Assembly: GCA_035417425.1 (NCBI GenBank)
Contig: DAOLPD010000001.1
Span: 1-62,911 of the forward strand
Reading direction: 5' to 3'
DNA: 62,911 nucleotides
From: Bacillota bacterium
GTDB lineage: Bacteria; Bacillota; Clostridia; Lutisporales; Lutisporaceae
Each line of letters starts with the position of its first letter. Position 1 is the stretch's first letter. This document shows, in pieces, positions 7,831 through 16,747 of this stretch. The notes under the pieces are model-generated. The model had not been told where the DNA came from. It saw only the letters and a list, made by a program, of their open reading frames with translations, and searched no databases. The position numbers were made by a program, and so were the translations under genes.

Positions 7831-7899
7831 TTTACAAAATAGAGGAATAGGAAGCATGATGCTTGAAATTTAATATAAAAAATTCCGGGATGTGTTTAT

Positions 7900-8307
7900 A
7901 TGGAAATCAGAAAAGCAACAATTGATGACGTTAAAGCTATTAGCCGCATTCATGCATTAAGCTGGAAGTCGGCTTATAAAGGAATTGTTCCACAAGCTTA
8001 CTTGGATGAGCTTAAGGAAGATTTTTGGGTACAGGCATTTGAGGCATGGATAAATGATAATGCTTTAACGGCACAGGTTATATTGGTAAACGGCAGCTTA
8101 GTTGGTTGTGTTGCTTACGGAAAAGCCCGGGATAAATCCCTGCGCAATTGGGGTGAAGTTGTCTCCATTTACCTGCTGCCCGAGCATTTTGGCAAGGGAT
8201 ATGGCAATAAGCTGCTGGAGAGTGCCCTGTCGGATCTGAAACAATCCAATAAATCCTTGGCAGACCATTATACCTGGGAGAGAGATTATGAAAACATCAG
8301 GCAATAA
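7900..8307 (+). CDS. GNAT family N-acetyltransferase, apparently 3'-truncated
   Basis: Motif A HFGKGYGNKLLESA is present. The ORF stops about 30 aa before the usual ..FYE..GF end and overlaps the next gene by 20 nt. Confidence 0.6.
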   Translation: MEIRKATIDDVKAISRIHALSWKSAYKGIVPQAYLDELKEDFWVQAFEAWINDNALTAQVILVNGSLVGCVAYGKARDKSLRNWGEVVSIYLLPEHFGKGYGNKLLESALSDLKQSNKSLADHYTWERDYENIRQ

Positions 8308-8959
8308 GTCTTTAGGGCAATCAATACTTTGGGTTGGCGGCTATTTTTGCATTATGCTTATATATACCGGTATCAATATGGGAGTATGGAGAAAAATCAG
8401 CAACTCCTATTCAAGCTGGCTGAACTTGCTCACAATGGCTTTCTTGTCAATAGTGTTTATCCGACTCTTAACAAAAAAGACTTCATACAGACTTAGAATT
8501 TTTGATAACTTTACTACCAGGGGAATTCTATATGCAATAATGTGTGCCGTTCTTTTTTACTTTCTCTTGGACAAGTGTCTTGACCCGTTTTTTGAAAGCC
8601 TATTTCCCACAAGCGAGGAAGCCTATAGAGGTTCGATATTGACATTATCGAAATCGCCTGTTACTACGTTCATTCATGTTTGTATATTAGCCCCTGTGAT
8701 CGAAGAAATTCTTATGAGAGGGTTTGTGTTAGGCAGCCTGCGGAGCACATTCGGTGTAGCTTTTGCATTGCTGGTATCGTCATTTTTATTTGCACTATTG
8801 CATTTCAACATGGTGCAAACACTTTCGGCGTTTATATGCGGTTTAATTTTAGGTGTGCTTTATCTGAAAACAGGTTCCATACTCTGCTGTATGATTGCTC
8901 ACTGTGGATATAACGCTATTTCCTATTTTATGATAATTGCCCCGTTAATCGGAAAATAG
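8288..8959 (+). CDS. CPBP family intramembrane glutamic endopeptidase (CAAX protease / Abi-like)
   Basis: 223 aa, multi-TM. Motifs EEILMRGF, FALLHF and IAHCGYN. Confidence 0.8.
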   Translation: MKTSGNKSLGQSILWVGGYFCIMLIYTGINMGVWRKISNSYSSWLNLLTMAFLSIVFIRLLTKKTSYRLRIFDNFTTRGILYAIMCAVLFYFLLDKCLDPFFESLFPTSEEAYRGSILTLSKSPVTTFIHVCILAPVIEEILMRGFVLGSLRSTFGVAFALLVSSFLFALLHFNMVQTLSAFICGLILGVLYLKTGSILCCMIAHCGYNAISYFMIIAPLIGK

Positions 8960-9010
8960 TAGTTCTCACAATACAGTTAATGAGCGTAATCCATATTTGT
9001 AGTTAAGCAA

Positions 9011-9039
9011 AGTCGTTAGGTGACAGAAAATACAGATTT
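9011..9039 (+). repeat. Remnant of an attC right end
   Basis: AGTC GTTAGGT (9015-9021) GACAGAAAATACAGATTT matches the conserved right box plus extension. No left half was recognisable. Confidence 0.35.
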
Positions 9040-9301
9040 CAAGGGTATTTAAGTAGCGTTTTTAGTTGGGCTTTAGTAATTTGGATTGTAGTTCAATGTA
9101 TAATGCTTAGAACAGTTGCATTTCTGCATATTTTATTTTTTGCCATTGGATTAGTTGAAGCCGTTTTATCTATGATTATTTTATTTGAACAACGCTTATT
9201 TCCGACAAATTTTGTACTAAGTTTTATAAATAAAGTAGAAAAGGATTAGAAGGGTGGAGAATGATTAGTTCAGCAACATTTAGTCTTGGAGGTCTTGATT
9301 A

Positions 9302-9907
9302 ATGAAGGATTTTGCCCAAAAATCAAGGGAGAATTACAATTTGATAGCTGAAGACTACGATAATTCGTTAGAGGGTAGATATACAGAGAAATTTAAGGAA
9401 CTATTACTTGATGAAATTCTGATAGATGTGAACGAGAATATTCTGGATGTGGCTTGTGGTAACGCTTCGCTTCTAAAAATGATTTCAAATAAGTGCGATA
9501 TTAAAGGGTACGGCATTGATATCTCAGAAAAGATGATTGAATGTGCAGGGAGAAAATGTCCTGACATGACATTTCAAGTGAGTGGTTGTGAAGATACTTC
9601 ATTTTATAATCAAACATTTGATGTCATTACTGTTTGTGCGGCTTATCACCATTTTCCGGACGTAAAAGCATTTGCTAAAGAAGCTTATCGTATATTAAAA
9701 ACACATGGTAGATTGTATATCGCAGAAGTGTATTATCCGTTTATTGTTCGCTTACTCTTAAATCCATTTGTCCCTATGTCAAAAGCAGGAGATGTTAAAT
9801 TTTATTCTCCCAAAGAGATAAAAAGTAATTTTGAAGCACATGGCTTTAAACAGAGTAGATGTAAGATAGAAGGGAATATACAGATTATAGAAATGCTGAA
9901 GGTATAA
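9302..9907 (+). CDS. Class I SAM-dependent methyltransferase
   Basis: 201 aa. ILDVACGNASL, GIDISEKM and CAAYHHF. Confidence 0.8.
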   Translation: MKDFAQKSRENYNLIAEDYDNSLEGRYTEKFKELLLDEILIDVNENILDVACGNASLLKMISNKCDIKGYGIDISEKMIECAGRKCPDMTFQVSGCEDTSFYNQTFDVITVCAAYHHFPDVKAFAKEAYRILKTHGRLYIAEVYYPFIVRLLLNPFVPMSKAGDVKFYSPKEIKSNFEAHGFKQSRCKIEGNIQIIEMLKV

Positions 9908-9967
9908 AATAAAGCAGTTTATCACGTGTTGTTTTATTATATTCAAGTTCCTATGAAGGAGAGAAAC

Positions 9968-10930
9968 ATGATCAATAAACTTATAACAAGTAAAATGCAG
10001 GAATCCGACATTGCCCAAGCAATTAGAATCTGGGGAGAGCAATATAAACTATATTGCAGCAACGATGAATCATTCCCTTCTGGCTGGATTGAAAATACAA
10101 TAGGAATAGAAGAATTTCTGAAAAGAAAAGTAATAGATAGGACTGCTATTGTTGTGAAGTCAGATAACAATTTAATTGGATACTTAACATATGATGAATT
10201 TCCTTTTAATGGTGAAAAGTCAGCATTTTGTCCATCAGTTGCACATGCTGTCATTGATGAATTTAAGGAAGAAGCATATTTACTTTTATATAAAAGTATT
10301 TCAAAAGAGTGGGTAGGCAGGAGCATCTTTAATCATATGTGGACAATTAACTATAATGATACCAGACTGAGAGGTATTTTATATGACTTAGGATTTGGTT
10401 CCTACTTAATTGATGCATTTGCCTGTACAAATATAAAGATAAATAGTAACTCAGAATATGATATTAGAAAAGCCGAACTGCAGGACATGGAAATGCTATA
10501 CAATTTGGTGGAAGAATCAAGAGAGTATTATAGTTCAGCTCCAATTTTCCTTAAACGAGATATATATTCAATAGATGATTTATCAGAACTTGTACAAAAG
10601 GGCAGTGTATTTATTGCCTGGGAAGGTGATAAAGCAGTAGGGTTTATTAACATAAGTGTATCCCAGGGGGATAACATTATTGATTTGTCTATAAGAAATA
10701 GTGGCTTGATTGATGAGATAGGTGTGTACATAAAGCCGGGACACAGAGGCAGGGGATTAGGTAAACAGCTATTACATAATATATTTGATTATTGTAATAA
10801 CAATGATATAAAAAGTATACATGTCGATTTTGAAACAGCAAATTTATATGCCAACAAGTTCTGGAGGAAGTATTCCAATCCAATGCTTTTGTCGGTTAGA
10901 AGGACTATAAACAAGAATATTAACGATTGA
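9968..10930 (+). CDS. Two-domain GNAT-like acetyltransferase
   Basis: ATG at 9968 follows AAGGAGAG; the ORF opens at 9926. The C-terminal domain has HRGRGLGKQLLHNI and ANKFWRKY. Confidence 0.65.
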   Translation: MINKLITSKMQESDIAQAIRIWGEQYKLYCSNDESFPSGWIENTIGIEEFLKRKVIDRTAIVVKSDNNLIGYLTYDEFPFNGEKSAFCPSVAHAVIDEFKEEAYLLLYKSISKEWVGRSIFNHMWTINYNDTRLRGILYDLGFGSYLIDAFACTNIKINSNSEYDIRKAELQDMEMLYNLVEESREYYSSAPIFLKRDIYSIDDLSELVQKGSVFIAWEGDKAVGFINISVSQGDNIIDLSIRNSGLIDEIGVYIKPGHRGRGLGKQLLHNIFDYCNNNDIKSIHVDFETANLYANKFWRKYSNPMLLSVRRTINKNIND

Positions 10931-10951
10931 TATTCATAGAAAGTATGTTGT

Positions 10952-10967
10952 GGGTCCGGTTCAGTGG
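10952..10967 (+). repeat. Short remnant of the attC core (GGGTCCGGTTCAGTGG)
   Basis: Identical to the core block of the sites at 13646-13758 and 6199-6319. The flanks are lost. It is followed by a TGGTATAAT extended -10-like sequence at 10975-10983. Confidence 0.3.
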
Positions 10968-11012
10968 AATAATGTGGTATAATAAGCCAGCACAAAGAAA
11001 GGTGTGAATTAA

Positions 11013-11465
11013 ATGGAAATCATATCTATAAAAAAATCTACTGAATATAAAGATAGGGCAATTAAATACTTTCAAAGCAAATGGGCATCCCCGAATAGTA
11101 TGAAGGTCTATGATGACTGCATAACAAATTGTATTTCTGCCCCGAGCCCATTGCCGCAATGGTATCTGTTAATGGATAATGATAGAATAATTGGCTGCGC
11201 AGGTCTTATAACAAACGATTTTATTAGCCGTATGGATTTATATCCGTGGGTTTGTGCTATATACATTGAGGAAGAATACAGGGGAAATGCGTATGGTTCT
11301 CTTCTGCTGGAACAGGCAAAGATAGACGCAAAAGCAGGAGGTTTTTCGCACTTATACCTCTGTACAGACCATATTGGATATTATGAGAAGTATGGATTTA
11401 AGTATATCGGTACAGGCTATCATCCGTGGGGAGACAGTTCCCGTATATATGATGCAGCGTTATAA
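11013..11465 (+). CDS. GNAT family N-acetyltransferase
   Basis: 150 aa. YRGNAYGSLLLEQA and YYEKYGF. Confidence 0.8.
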   Translation: MEIISIKKSTEYKDRAIKYFQSKWASPNSMKVYDDCITNCISAPSPLPQWYLLMDNDRIIGCAGLITNDFISRMDLYPWVCAIYIEEEYRGNAYGSLLLEQAKIDAKAGGFSHLYLCTDHIGYYEKYGFKYIGTGYHPWGDSSRIYDAAL

Positions 11466-11473
11466 TATGTTTT

Positions 11474-11518
11474 GCAAAACTGTTATTCAGTGGTGTCGTG
11501 AGTGCGGAACAGTTATGT
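11474..11518 (+). repeat. Short or truncated attC-like site
   Basis: GCAAAAC ... TTCAGTGGTGTCGTGAGTGCGGAACA GTTATGT (11512-11518). The right half is homologous to the other sites. Confidence 0.4.
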
Positions 11519-11622
11519 GAAATTATGCACTAGTAAAATAATTAAAATTAATAAGAACTAATTATGTTCTTGAGTTTTTATATGATAGATAACCTATGGC
11601 AGAATAAGAAAGGGAGAATGTC

Positions 11623-12348
11623 ATGTATACATTTACAAACCGGTTTATGTCAAATGATAAAAATGTTGAGTTTCTGAAAGCCAATATGATGGGGCCAAAC
11701 GCCATGCGGTTAGCAGAGGAATTGGCGTCGCACCTGAACATTAATGAGAATATGCGAATCCTTGACCTCGGATGCGGGTGCGGCCTTTCCACGCTTTTGC
11801 TGGTAAAAAAATACGGTGCATCCGTTTTCGCCGCCGATCTTTGGATTTCACCAACTGAAAACTATGAACGTTTTAAGTCTATCGGAATTGATGATAAGGC
11901 TGTTCCAATTTTTGCAGACGCGACCAAAGGCTTACCTTTTGCAAACGGATATTTCGACATGTTGTTTTCCGTCGATGCTTACCATTATTTTGGTGATACG
12001 GCGGAAATGCTTCCCTCGCTTATTCCTTTCGTAAAAAAGGAAGGCCATATTGCCGTGGCTGTTCCCGGCTTAAAATACGAATTCGGGGAAAATGTCCCCG
12101 GTGAAATGCAGCCGTTTTGGAATAGCGAGATGGAAAGAACCTTGCATTCACTTGATTGGTGGAAAGATTTATGGAAGAATACAGAGGACATTGAAATGGT
12201 GGACATTCGTGAAATGAGCTGCTGCGGACAGGCTTGGAAAGAATGGCTGACCAGTGATCATCCCATTGCCGCAGAGGACATCAAAATGATGGAGGCTGAG
12301 GACGGAAAGTATTTTAATATTATTCAGCTGATTGCAAAAGTCATTTGA
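11623..12348 (+). CDS. Class I SAM-dependent methyltransferase
   Basis: 241 aa. ILDLGCGCGLS, AADLW and SVDAYHYF. Confidence 0.8.
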   Translation: MYTFTNRFMSNDKNVEFLKANMMGPNAMRLAEELASHLNINENMRILDLGCGCGLSTLLLVKKYGASVFAADLWISPTENYERFKSIGIDDKAVPIFADATKGLPFANGYFDMLFSVDAYHYFGDTAEMLPSLIPFVKKEGHIAVAVPGLKYEFGENVPGEMQPFWNSEMERTLHSLDWWKDLWKNTEDIEMVDIREMSCCGQAWKEWLTSDHPIAAEDIKMMEAEDGKYFNIIQLIAKVI

Positions 12349-12354
12349 ATATAC

Positions 12355-12834
12355 TTGTTGTTCTGCTACAAGCGTTTCAAGAAAACATATCACGTGCTGC
12401 TTCAATGGGAATCAATTGTTTTAAAAAAGAAATCCATACTGAATGTTGCTCCGCTGGTAGAAACAATGTTTATGGCTGAACTAAAGAATCTTTTACTTAC
12501 AGCCGGTCATGATATGGATGTCATCAGGCTGCCAATAAGGGTAGATTTATCACAAGGAAATGAACGTTATACATTATTGAACGGACAAGAGAAAGAATTA
12601 GCCCCGGGTGATATGATGCTGGTTGATGGGAGCGGGATCATATCCGGTATTGTTTACGGGCCTGATAAAAGAACCCAAATAACGCAAAATACAAAGAATG
12701 TTTTATTTGTTGTATATGCTCCGCCAGGCATTAATGAAGACTTGTTAGAGCAACATCTGCAAGATATTAATCAGTATATAAAAATTGTTTCACCGGACGC
12801 CATAATAGATACACAAAAAGTATATAGAATTTGA
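12355..12834 (+). pseudogene. B3/B4 (PheT-like tRNA-binding) domain gene, apparently 5'-truncated
   Basis: Only the C-terminal ~120 aa look like the family (LVETMFMAEL...GHDMDVI...GDMMLVDGSGIIS...TQNTKNVLFVVYAP). There is a TTG pseudo-start with no RBS, and the N-terminal ~80 aa expected for the family are missing. Confidence 0.4.
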
Positions 12835-12899
12835 TAGGATTTACTTGGCCGCTTCGGATAACCATGGCTTCACGTATTTACTTAAAAATGGAGGTTAAT

Positions 12900-13601
12900 A
12901 TGATAAAAGGCAGTATCGGAATATTAGCAGGGATGGGACCACGATCAACCACTCCCTTTCTGGAATTAGTTCTAGATCAATGTCAAGTACAATATGGTGC
13001 AAAGTATGATATAGATTATCCACACATTATAGTATATTCACTTCCAACTCCGTTTTACATTGATCGGGAAATAGACCATTCATTAATGAAAAGAACTATA
13101 ATAGATGGTTTGAAAAAGCTGGAATCAACAGGAGTAAGCTTTATAGCCATGCCTTGTAATTCGGCACATTTGTATTTTGATGAGTTGAAGAACTCAATTA
13201 AGGCACCCTTATTAAACATTGTGGAAGAAACAGTAAGTTGTCTGCCGAATAGTAAGCAGCGTACCACGATATTTGCCACTGAAATAACTGTTAAGTCTGA
13301 ACTGTACCAGAAAGGTATTATATCTGCCGGACATGAGTTTATTTTCATGGAGCAGTGGCAAACGAAGGTAAATAATATTATAAATGCAATAAAGATGAAG
13401 CGGGATAGAGAATTTATCAACTCATTATGGAATGAGCTTATCTGTGAAGTTAAGGATCAATGTGTAGACAGTGTAATAATTGCATGTACTGATTTAAGTA
13501 TTTTGAGTAATGTCGCAGAGCTGAAATTGAATATATATGATTCGTCGGAAGCTTTAGCAAAATCTGTAGTTAAGAAATATCTAAAAAGCAGGCAAGAATA
13601 A
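12900..13601 (+). CDS. Aspartate/glutamate racemase family protein
   Basis: ATG at 12900 follows GGAGG. GILAGMGPRSTTPF, the two catalytic-Cys regions AMPCNSAH and IIACTDLS. Confidence 0.8.
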   Translation: MIKGSIGILAGMGPRSTTPFLELVLDQCQVQYGAKYDIDYPHIIVYSLPTPFYIDREIDHSLMKRTIIDGLKKLESTGVSFIAMPCNSAHLYFDELKNSIKAPLLNIVEETVSCLPNSKQRTTIFATEITVKSELYQKGIISAGHEFIFMEQWQTKVNNIINAIKMKRDREFINSLWNELICEVKDQCVDSVIIACTDLSILSNVAELKLNIYDSSEALAKSVVKKYLKSRQE

Positions 13602-13645
13602 AGGGATTACCCCCTGAACTCTTTTATAGATGATGACCCACGACC

Positions 13646-13758
13646 GCCTAACAATGCACTCATGCTGCCACACTCCTTCACCGGGAGGTGTCGCCCCGCC
13701 AGGGGGGAAGGGCTCTGAAGTCCGGTTCAGTGGTGTCGTGAGTTCGAAGCCGTTATAC
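13646..13758 (+). repeat. attC-like site (113 bp)
   Basis: GCCTAAC (13646-13652) ... CCTTCACCGGGAGG ... GGGGGGAAGGGCTCTGAAGTCCGGTTCAGTGGTGTCGTGAGTTCGAAGCC GTTATAC (13752-13758). Confidence 0.7.
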
Positions 13759-13795
13759 GAAAACGGTTCCTATATTTGAAAAAGGAGAGAAGGAT

Positions 13796-14539
13796 ATGAG
13801 CAAAATTCAGGCATATATTGAGAAATTACATAACTTGGAGAATTGGGACGAATACTTAATGCAAGAATCTGCTTTACCAGGCCCAAGAGCTAACTTAGAA
13901 TTAATACAAGCTGTCGCAGAAGTCGGGGATGAGAGTACATTTCTGCATTTGCTCAGCTATACACCAGATATGGCTCCTGTCAATACACAACAAGGATATT
14001 TAGCTTGCTGCGGAACCGTAGGATTAGGAAAACTCGTAAAAAGCGGAAAGACTAAATATCTTGAACGTTTGCGGTTGCTAGCCTCTGACCCTCGGTGGCG
14101 TATACGTGAATGCGTTGCAATGGCACTTCAGATTTATGGGGATGAGCATATTGAAGCACTGATAACAGAAATGGAAATGTGGGCAGAAGGCAATAACTAT
14201 GAAAAAAGAGCAGCGGCAGCTGCACTTTGCGAACCAAGACTATTAAAGCATAAAGAACAAGTATCAAAAGTGTTACAAATACTTGATAGTATCACATGTT
14301 CAATAAAGGGGATTACGGATAGAAAAGACGAAGGATTTATAGCGTTGAAAAAGGGAATGGCATATTGCTGGAGCGTTGCCATTGTTGGTTTCCCGGAGGA
14401 GGGAAAACAACGATTTGAAAAATGGATGACTTGTGATGATAAAGATATTAACTGGATCATAAAAGAGAACCTCAAAAAGGAAAGACTGAAAAGAATGGAT
14501 CAAGAATGGACAGAATTGATGAAACAAAGGATTAAATAA
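13796..14539 (+). CDS. HEAT-repeat protein (DNA-alkylation-repair-like fold; function uncertain)
   Basis: 247 aa, all-helical repeats. DPRWRIRECVAMAL is a HEAT-like motif. Confidence 0.5.
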   Translation: MSKIQAYIEKLHNLENWDEYLMQESALPGPRANLELIQAVAEVGDESTFLHLLSYTPDMAPVNTQQGYLACCGTVGLGKLVKSGKTKYLERLRLLASDPRWRIRECVAMALQIYGDEHIEALITEMEMWAEGNNYEKRAAAAALCEPRLLKHKEQVSKVLQILDSITCSIKGITDRKDEGFIALKKGMAYCWSVAIVGFPEEGKQRFEKWMTCDDKDINWIIKENLKKERLKRMDQEWTELMKQRIK

Positions 14540-14587
14540 AGGCCGCCGTCATAGTAAAGCATTTTTTTAGAATTATACTAAATAAAT

Positions 14588-14729
14588 TACATGTGAAAGA
14601 GAGGCTGTATGATGAGTGTAAAGAAAATATTTTTAGGAAAACCCTTATTTAACTGAACTTGAAGCAAGAGTAAAGAAACAATTTGGGCAGCGGTAAAGAA
14701 AGAATTGAGATATACATAGAATAATTTAC
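14588..14729 (+). pseudogene. Internal-deletion relic of a second copy of the AlaX-like gene
   Basis: 14588-14673 matches 7165-7249 (promoter-proximal region plus the first ~21 codons). 14674-14729 matches about 7778-7836 (the last codons plus the 3' flank). About 530 bp are missing, and the relic contains an in-frame TAG. Confidence 0.75.
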
Positions 14730-14744
14730 GAAGGAGAGAGTGTA

Positions 14745-15611
14745 ATGAGTGCTGCGGTAAAGCCCAATATGTTCAATAATTTAAAAGCAATCAATGAAAG
14801 GCCAAAACCATTTCAGTATTATACTACCGAAGAACTATGGACCAATGAACATACATCAAAAAAGATGCTGGAGTATCATCTTGATGAGGAGACAGACTTT
14901 TCCTCCCGGAATGCCGGTTTCATAAACCGATCCGTATCCTGGATAATCGAAAAGTTTAATCTCAATAACAAATCAAATGTTTTAGATTTTGGATGCGGTC
15001 CGGGGCTTTATACTAATCGGTTTGCAGAAAGGGGTATTAACGTTACCGGAGTAGACTTTTCAAAAAGATCAATTGAGTATGCTTCACAGATTGCTTCAGG
15101 CAAAAACTTGAAAGTTAATTATATACACAAAAATTACCTTGAGTATGAAACACAAGACAGGTTTGATCTGATTACAATGATTATGTGTGATTTTTGTGCG
15201 TTGAGTCCTGAGCAAAGGGGTATTATGTTGAACAAATTTAAGAAGCTTTTGAAACCTTCAGGAAATGTTTTGCTTGATGTCTACTCGCTAAAATCATATA
15301 ACCGGAGAGAAGAAATCGCCGCTTATGAATTCAATCATATGAATAATTTCTGGTCTTCGGAGGAGTACTACTGCTTTATCAATACGTTTAAGTACTATGA
15401 TGAGAAAGTAGCACTAGATAAATACACAATTATAGAAAAGGCTCATACGCGAGTTATATATAATTGGCTGCAGTATTACAGTGTTGAAACACTCAGAAGG
15501 GAATTTGAAGATAATGGCCTTGAAATTTCGGAATTATACTCGGATGTATGCGGATCTCATTACGATGCAGATTCATTGGAATTTGCAGTTGCAGCAAGGC
15601 AAAAGAGCTGA
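14745..15611 (+). CDS. Class I SAM-dependent methyltransferase
   Basis: 288 aa. VLDFGCGPGLY, GVDFSKRS and LKPSGNVLLDV. Confidence 0.8.
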   Translation: MSAAVKPNMFNNLKAINERPKPFQYYTTEELWTNEHTSKKMLEYHLDEETDFSSRNAGFINRSVSWIIEKFNLNNKSNVLDFGCGPGLYTNRFAERGINVTGVDFSKRSIEYASQIASGKNLKVNYIHKNYLEYETQDRFDLITMIMCDFCALSPEQRGIMLNKFKKLLKPSGNVLLDVYSLKSYNRREEIAAYEFNHMNNFWSSEEYYCFINTFKYYDEKVALDKYTIIEKAHTRVIYNWLQYYSVETLRREFEDNGLEISELYSDVCGSHYDADSLEFAVAARQKS

Positions 15612-15660
15612 TGGGAAGGAAGTATTATGATTTTGGAGGATTTTGTTAAGAGGTGATTTA

Positions 15661-16191
15661 ATGCAGGATTATCAGATTGGCAGGCCAAAGCCGGAAGAAG
15701 TAAGCTCTATAAATGAGTTTTTTGAGATTGTGGTCAGGGATACCTTTGCGAAAAATGGTATTTCTCATTTGACGGATCTGATGGAAGGCGAAATTGAGTG
15801 CAAGAAGAAGTATCTTATGCAGGACTTGGATAGTGAAGGCCGTGACAGGTTTTTTCTGGTCGTAAGGGACAAAGGCAGGATCATAGGCACTATTGAATAC
15901 GGCAGGCCAAATGAGTTGATTATGAAATGTACAAAGGGAAGATACATAGACGTTATAGAAATAGGGACAGTGTTTGTTCATCCGCATTATCAATATAAAG
16001 GAATAGGAAGCATGATGCTTAGGACGATGTACGGTGAGCTGAAAAATAAAGGATATACCGAATTTTGCCTTGACAGCGGGTATAAGACTGCACAGAGGGT
16101 TTGGACCGGCAAGTGGGGCAGACCTTACTGCATAATGGAGGATTACTGGGGCAAGGGAGCACACCACATGGTATGGCGTGTGGATTTGTAA
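15661..16191 (+). CDS. GNAT family N-acetyltransferase
   Basis: ATG at 15661 follows GAGGTGA; the ORF opens at 15643. Motif A YQYKGIGSMMLRTM. Confidence 0.75.
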   Translation: MQDYQIGRPKPEEVSSINEFFEIVVRDTFAKNGISHLTDLMEGEIECKKKYLMQDLDSEGRDRFFLVVRDKGRIIGTIEYGRPNELIMKCTKGRYIDVIEIGTVFVHPHYQYKGIGSMMLRTMYGELKNKGYTEFCLDSGYKTAQRVWTGKWGRPYCIMEDYWGKGAHHMVWRVDL

Positions 16192-16258
16192 TCATGGATG
16201 ATGCAATATGAGGTAATAATATTCTGTGCAAATGATAAAATGAAGAAGGTGGAATCTG

Positions 16259-16636
16259 ATGGACAGGAAAAAGGAATTAAAGCTGCAGTATAAACAAACG
16301 AAGCCGGATATGGGGATATTCATTATTCGTTCCAGAGAAAAAAACAAATGCTATGTTGAAGCTACCAAGGATTTAAGGGGCAGAATCAATGGTACTAAAG
16401 TGAGATTGAATGCGGGCATGCATCCCAATAAAGAACTTCAAAAGGACTGGACAGATTCAGGCTCAGAGAATTTTACCATTGAAATTCTTGAAAATCTTCA
16501 ATACGACAAGGATGAATCCAAGACCGACTATACGGAAGAGCTGGCTCTGTTGCAGATGATCTGGGAAGAAAACTGCAAAAAGAAAACATGGAGCTCTACA
16601 GAAAAAATATGTAGTAAATGGCTGTTTCATTACTAA
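16259..16636 (+). CDS. GIY-YIG nuclease-superfamily small protein (C-terminus possibly frameshifted)
   Basis: GIFIIRS...KCYVEAT.DLRGRIN is a GIY-YIG-like N-terminus. After the A4 run at 16569-16572, another frame reads KLQKENMELYRKNM*. Confidence 0.55.
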   Translation: MDRKKELKLQYKQTKPDMGIFIIRSREKNKCYVEATKDLRGRINGTKVRLNAGMHPNKELQKDWTDSGSENFTIEILENLQYDKDESKTDYTEELALLQMIWEENCKKKTWSSTEKICSKWLFHY

Positions 16637-16721
16637 TTGTGTAAAATTTTGGTCAAAAATATTCCGACGTTGACAAATTGGGCATATCTGATAGTGCTGC
16701 TGATGTATTTCCGTACTTAAG

Positions 16722-16747
16722 CTACTGATAAATCAGTAGTTTTTTTT
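16722..16747 (+). terminator. Rho-independent terminator closing the cassette-like region
   Basis: CTACTGA TAAA TCAGTAG followed by T8. Confidence 0.7.

Larger units (their letters stand above)
1..13758 (+). mobile_element. Integron-type gene-cassette array (cluster of attC-like sites). No integrase in the window, and the array continues past the left edge. Cassette-like genes without a recognisable attC continue to ~16.7 kb.
   Basis: At least 10 GC-rich imperfect palindromes or remnants sit 0-45 nt after stop codons of co-oriented short AT-rich ORFs. Each is bounded by an RYYYAAC-like left box and a GTTRRRY right box that are reverse complements of each other. The gene content is typical cassette cargo (GNAT, VOC, methyltransferases, small toxin). 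Confidence 0.6.

Noticed and set aside
1-13758. Alternative readings of the repeats as Xer/dif-type modules, REP/MITE elements or a CRISPR array
   Set aside because: There is no 11-6-11 XerC/D-like core. The repeats are not regularly spaced and not identical, so this is not a CRISPR array. They sit specifically after stop codons, in one orientation, with RYYYAAC/GTTRRRY ends. That fits attC better than generic REPs. A genome-wide distribution check is still needed.
15658-16167. Long antisense shadow ORFs inside well-supported genes. Examples: 15658..16167, 18518..19186, 19183..19791, 19631..20284, 31862..32488, 32208..32792, 37518..38036, 39298..39969, 48463..49203, 49272..49892 and 60559..61326.
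   Set aside because: Each lies opposite a gene with clear family motifs (GNAT, guaB, purL, purM, purH, pcrA, AIR-synthase-like). Their translations are low-complexity, Ser/Pro/Leu-rich sequences typical of antisense frames.
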